The notes beneath the pieces were generated by a model. It had not been told where the DNA came from, made no database searches, and worked only from the letters and a program-made list of their open reading frames with translations. Made by a program: the position numbers and the translations under genes. A DNA stretch of 63,490 nucleotides, filler included, from Chiloscyllium plagiosum (taxonomy: Eukaryota): NCBI RefSeq assembly GCF_004010195.1. It is 4 parts of one record of this genome, joined end to end, with 100 filler letters (N's around TTAATTAATTAA, not from the genome) between each part and the next. Parts side by side here need not be neighbours in the genome. Positions count along the whole stretch, not along the records: positions 57,868 to 63,490 come from NC_057713.1; 3 more parts are not named here. One strand, given 5' to 3'. How positions within the stretch are numbered: the first letter of the stretch is position 1; each line of letters begins with the position of its first letter. Shown here in pieces: positions 62,691-63,490 of this stretch.

Positions 62691-62924
62691 TGCAAATCAG
62701 AGTCAAAATGTGTGATGCTGGAAAAGCACAGCTGGTCAGGCAGCATCTAAGGAGCTGGACAGTCAACGTTTCAGGCATAAGTTCTTTATCAGTAGCCCAA
62801 GGTGTCTTTAGAGCTAAGAGCAGCAAGGAGGGGACATGAAAGGTCCTTAGTCGGGCTTGGATCGGCGCAACATCGAGGGCCAAAGGGCCTGTACTGCGCT
62901 GTATTCTTCTATGTTCTATGTTCT

Positions 62925-63470
62925 AGATAAATGGGAACGGTGTGGGGCTTAGGGGAAGTTAGCTGAGAATGCAAAAGGTAGATGAAGGTGGGGAACAAGG
63001 TGATAGGTCAGAAAGGAGGGGGGCGTGGATAGGTAGGAAGGAATATGGACAGGTAGGACAGTTCAAAAGGGCGGTGTCGAGTTGGAGGGTTGGGCCTGGG
63101 ATAAGGTGGGGAGGGGGGGAATGGGAAAACTGGTGAAATCGACCTTGATCCCGTGTGGTTTAAGGGTCCCAAGGCGGAAGATGAGGCTTTCTTTCTCCAG
63201 GCATTGGGTGGTGTAGGAGGCCCTTTACTTGTACGTCCTTGTTGGAGTGGGACGTAGAGTTAAAGTGGTCAGCCACAGCGCGGTGGGGTTGTTTGGTTCG
63301 TGTGTCCCAGGGATGTTCTCTGAAACATTCCACAAGTCGGCATCCTGTCTCCCAAATGTGCAGGAGACCACAATTGAGAGGAACAGACACAGTAGGTGAT
63401 GTGTGTGGAAGTGCGGGTAAATCTCTGTTGGATGTGGAAGGATCCTTTGGGGCCTTGCATGGTGTTGGGG
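62925..63470 (-). mobile_element. Neptune-type PLE GIY-YIG and 3' region, decayed; related terminus at 62690-62792
   Basis: QGPKGSFHIQQRFTRTSTHITYCVC, CGLLHIWETGCRLVECFREH and AVADHFNSTSHS. Confidence 0.85.
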
Positions 63471-63490
63471 GGGGGGGGGGGGTAGGTGTG

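Overview
Eukaryotic genomic DNA, most likely a shark or other elasmobranch (inferred from HE1/V-SINE-type SINEs and HER1/CR1-type LINEs), in two compositionally different blocks joined by a 500-N gap. Block 1 (1-11013, GC-rich) holds a CpG-island promoter with nine CCAAT boxes and the probable first exons of an unidentified minus-strand gene. It also holds a divergent claudin-12-like gene (minus strand, one coding exon, 4808-5584), a compound GT/CACT microsatellite, and a ~5.25 kb CpG-rich 18-bp minisatellite directly upstream of the claudin splice acceptor. Block 2 (11514-63490, AT-rich) has no recognisable host exon. It is a mosaic of CR1/HER1, L2/CR1-like, RTE and Rex1 LINE fragments, HE1-type SINEs and many Penelope-like element (PLE) pieces. 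The most notable signal is a set of about 16 minimal hammerhead-ribozyme motifs in three distinct PLE families, with covarying stems. Several sit in short, TSD-flanked, non-coding fold-back mini-elements, and two of these, from different families, occupy the same target site. TE boundaries are by eye and approximate.
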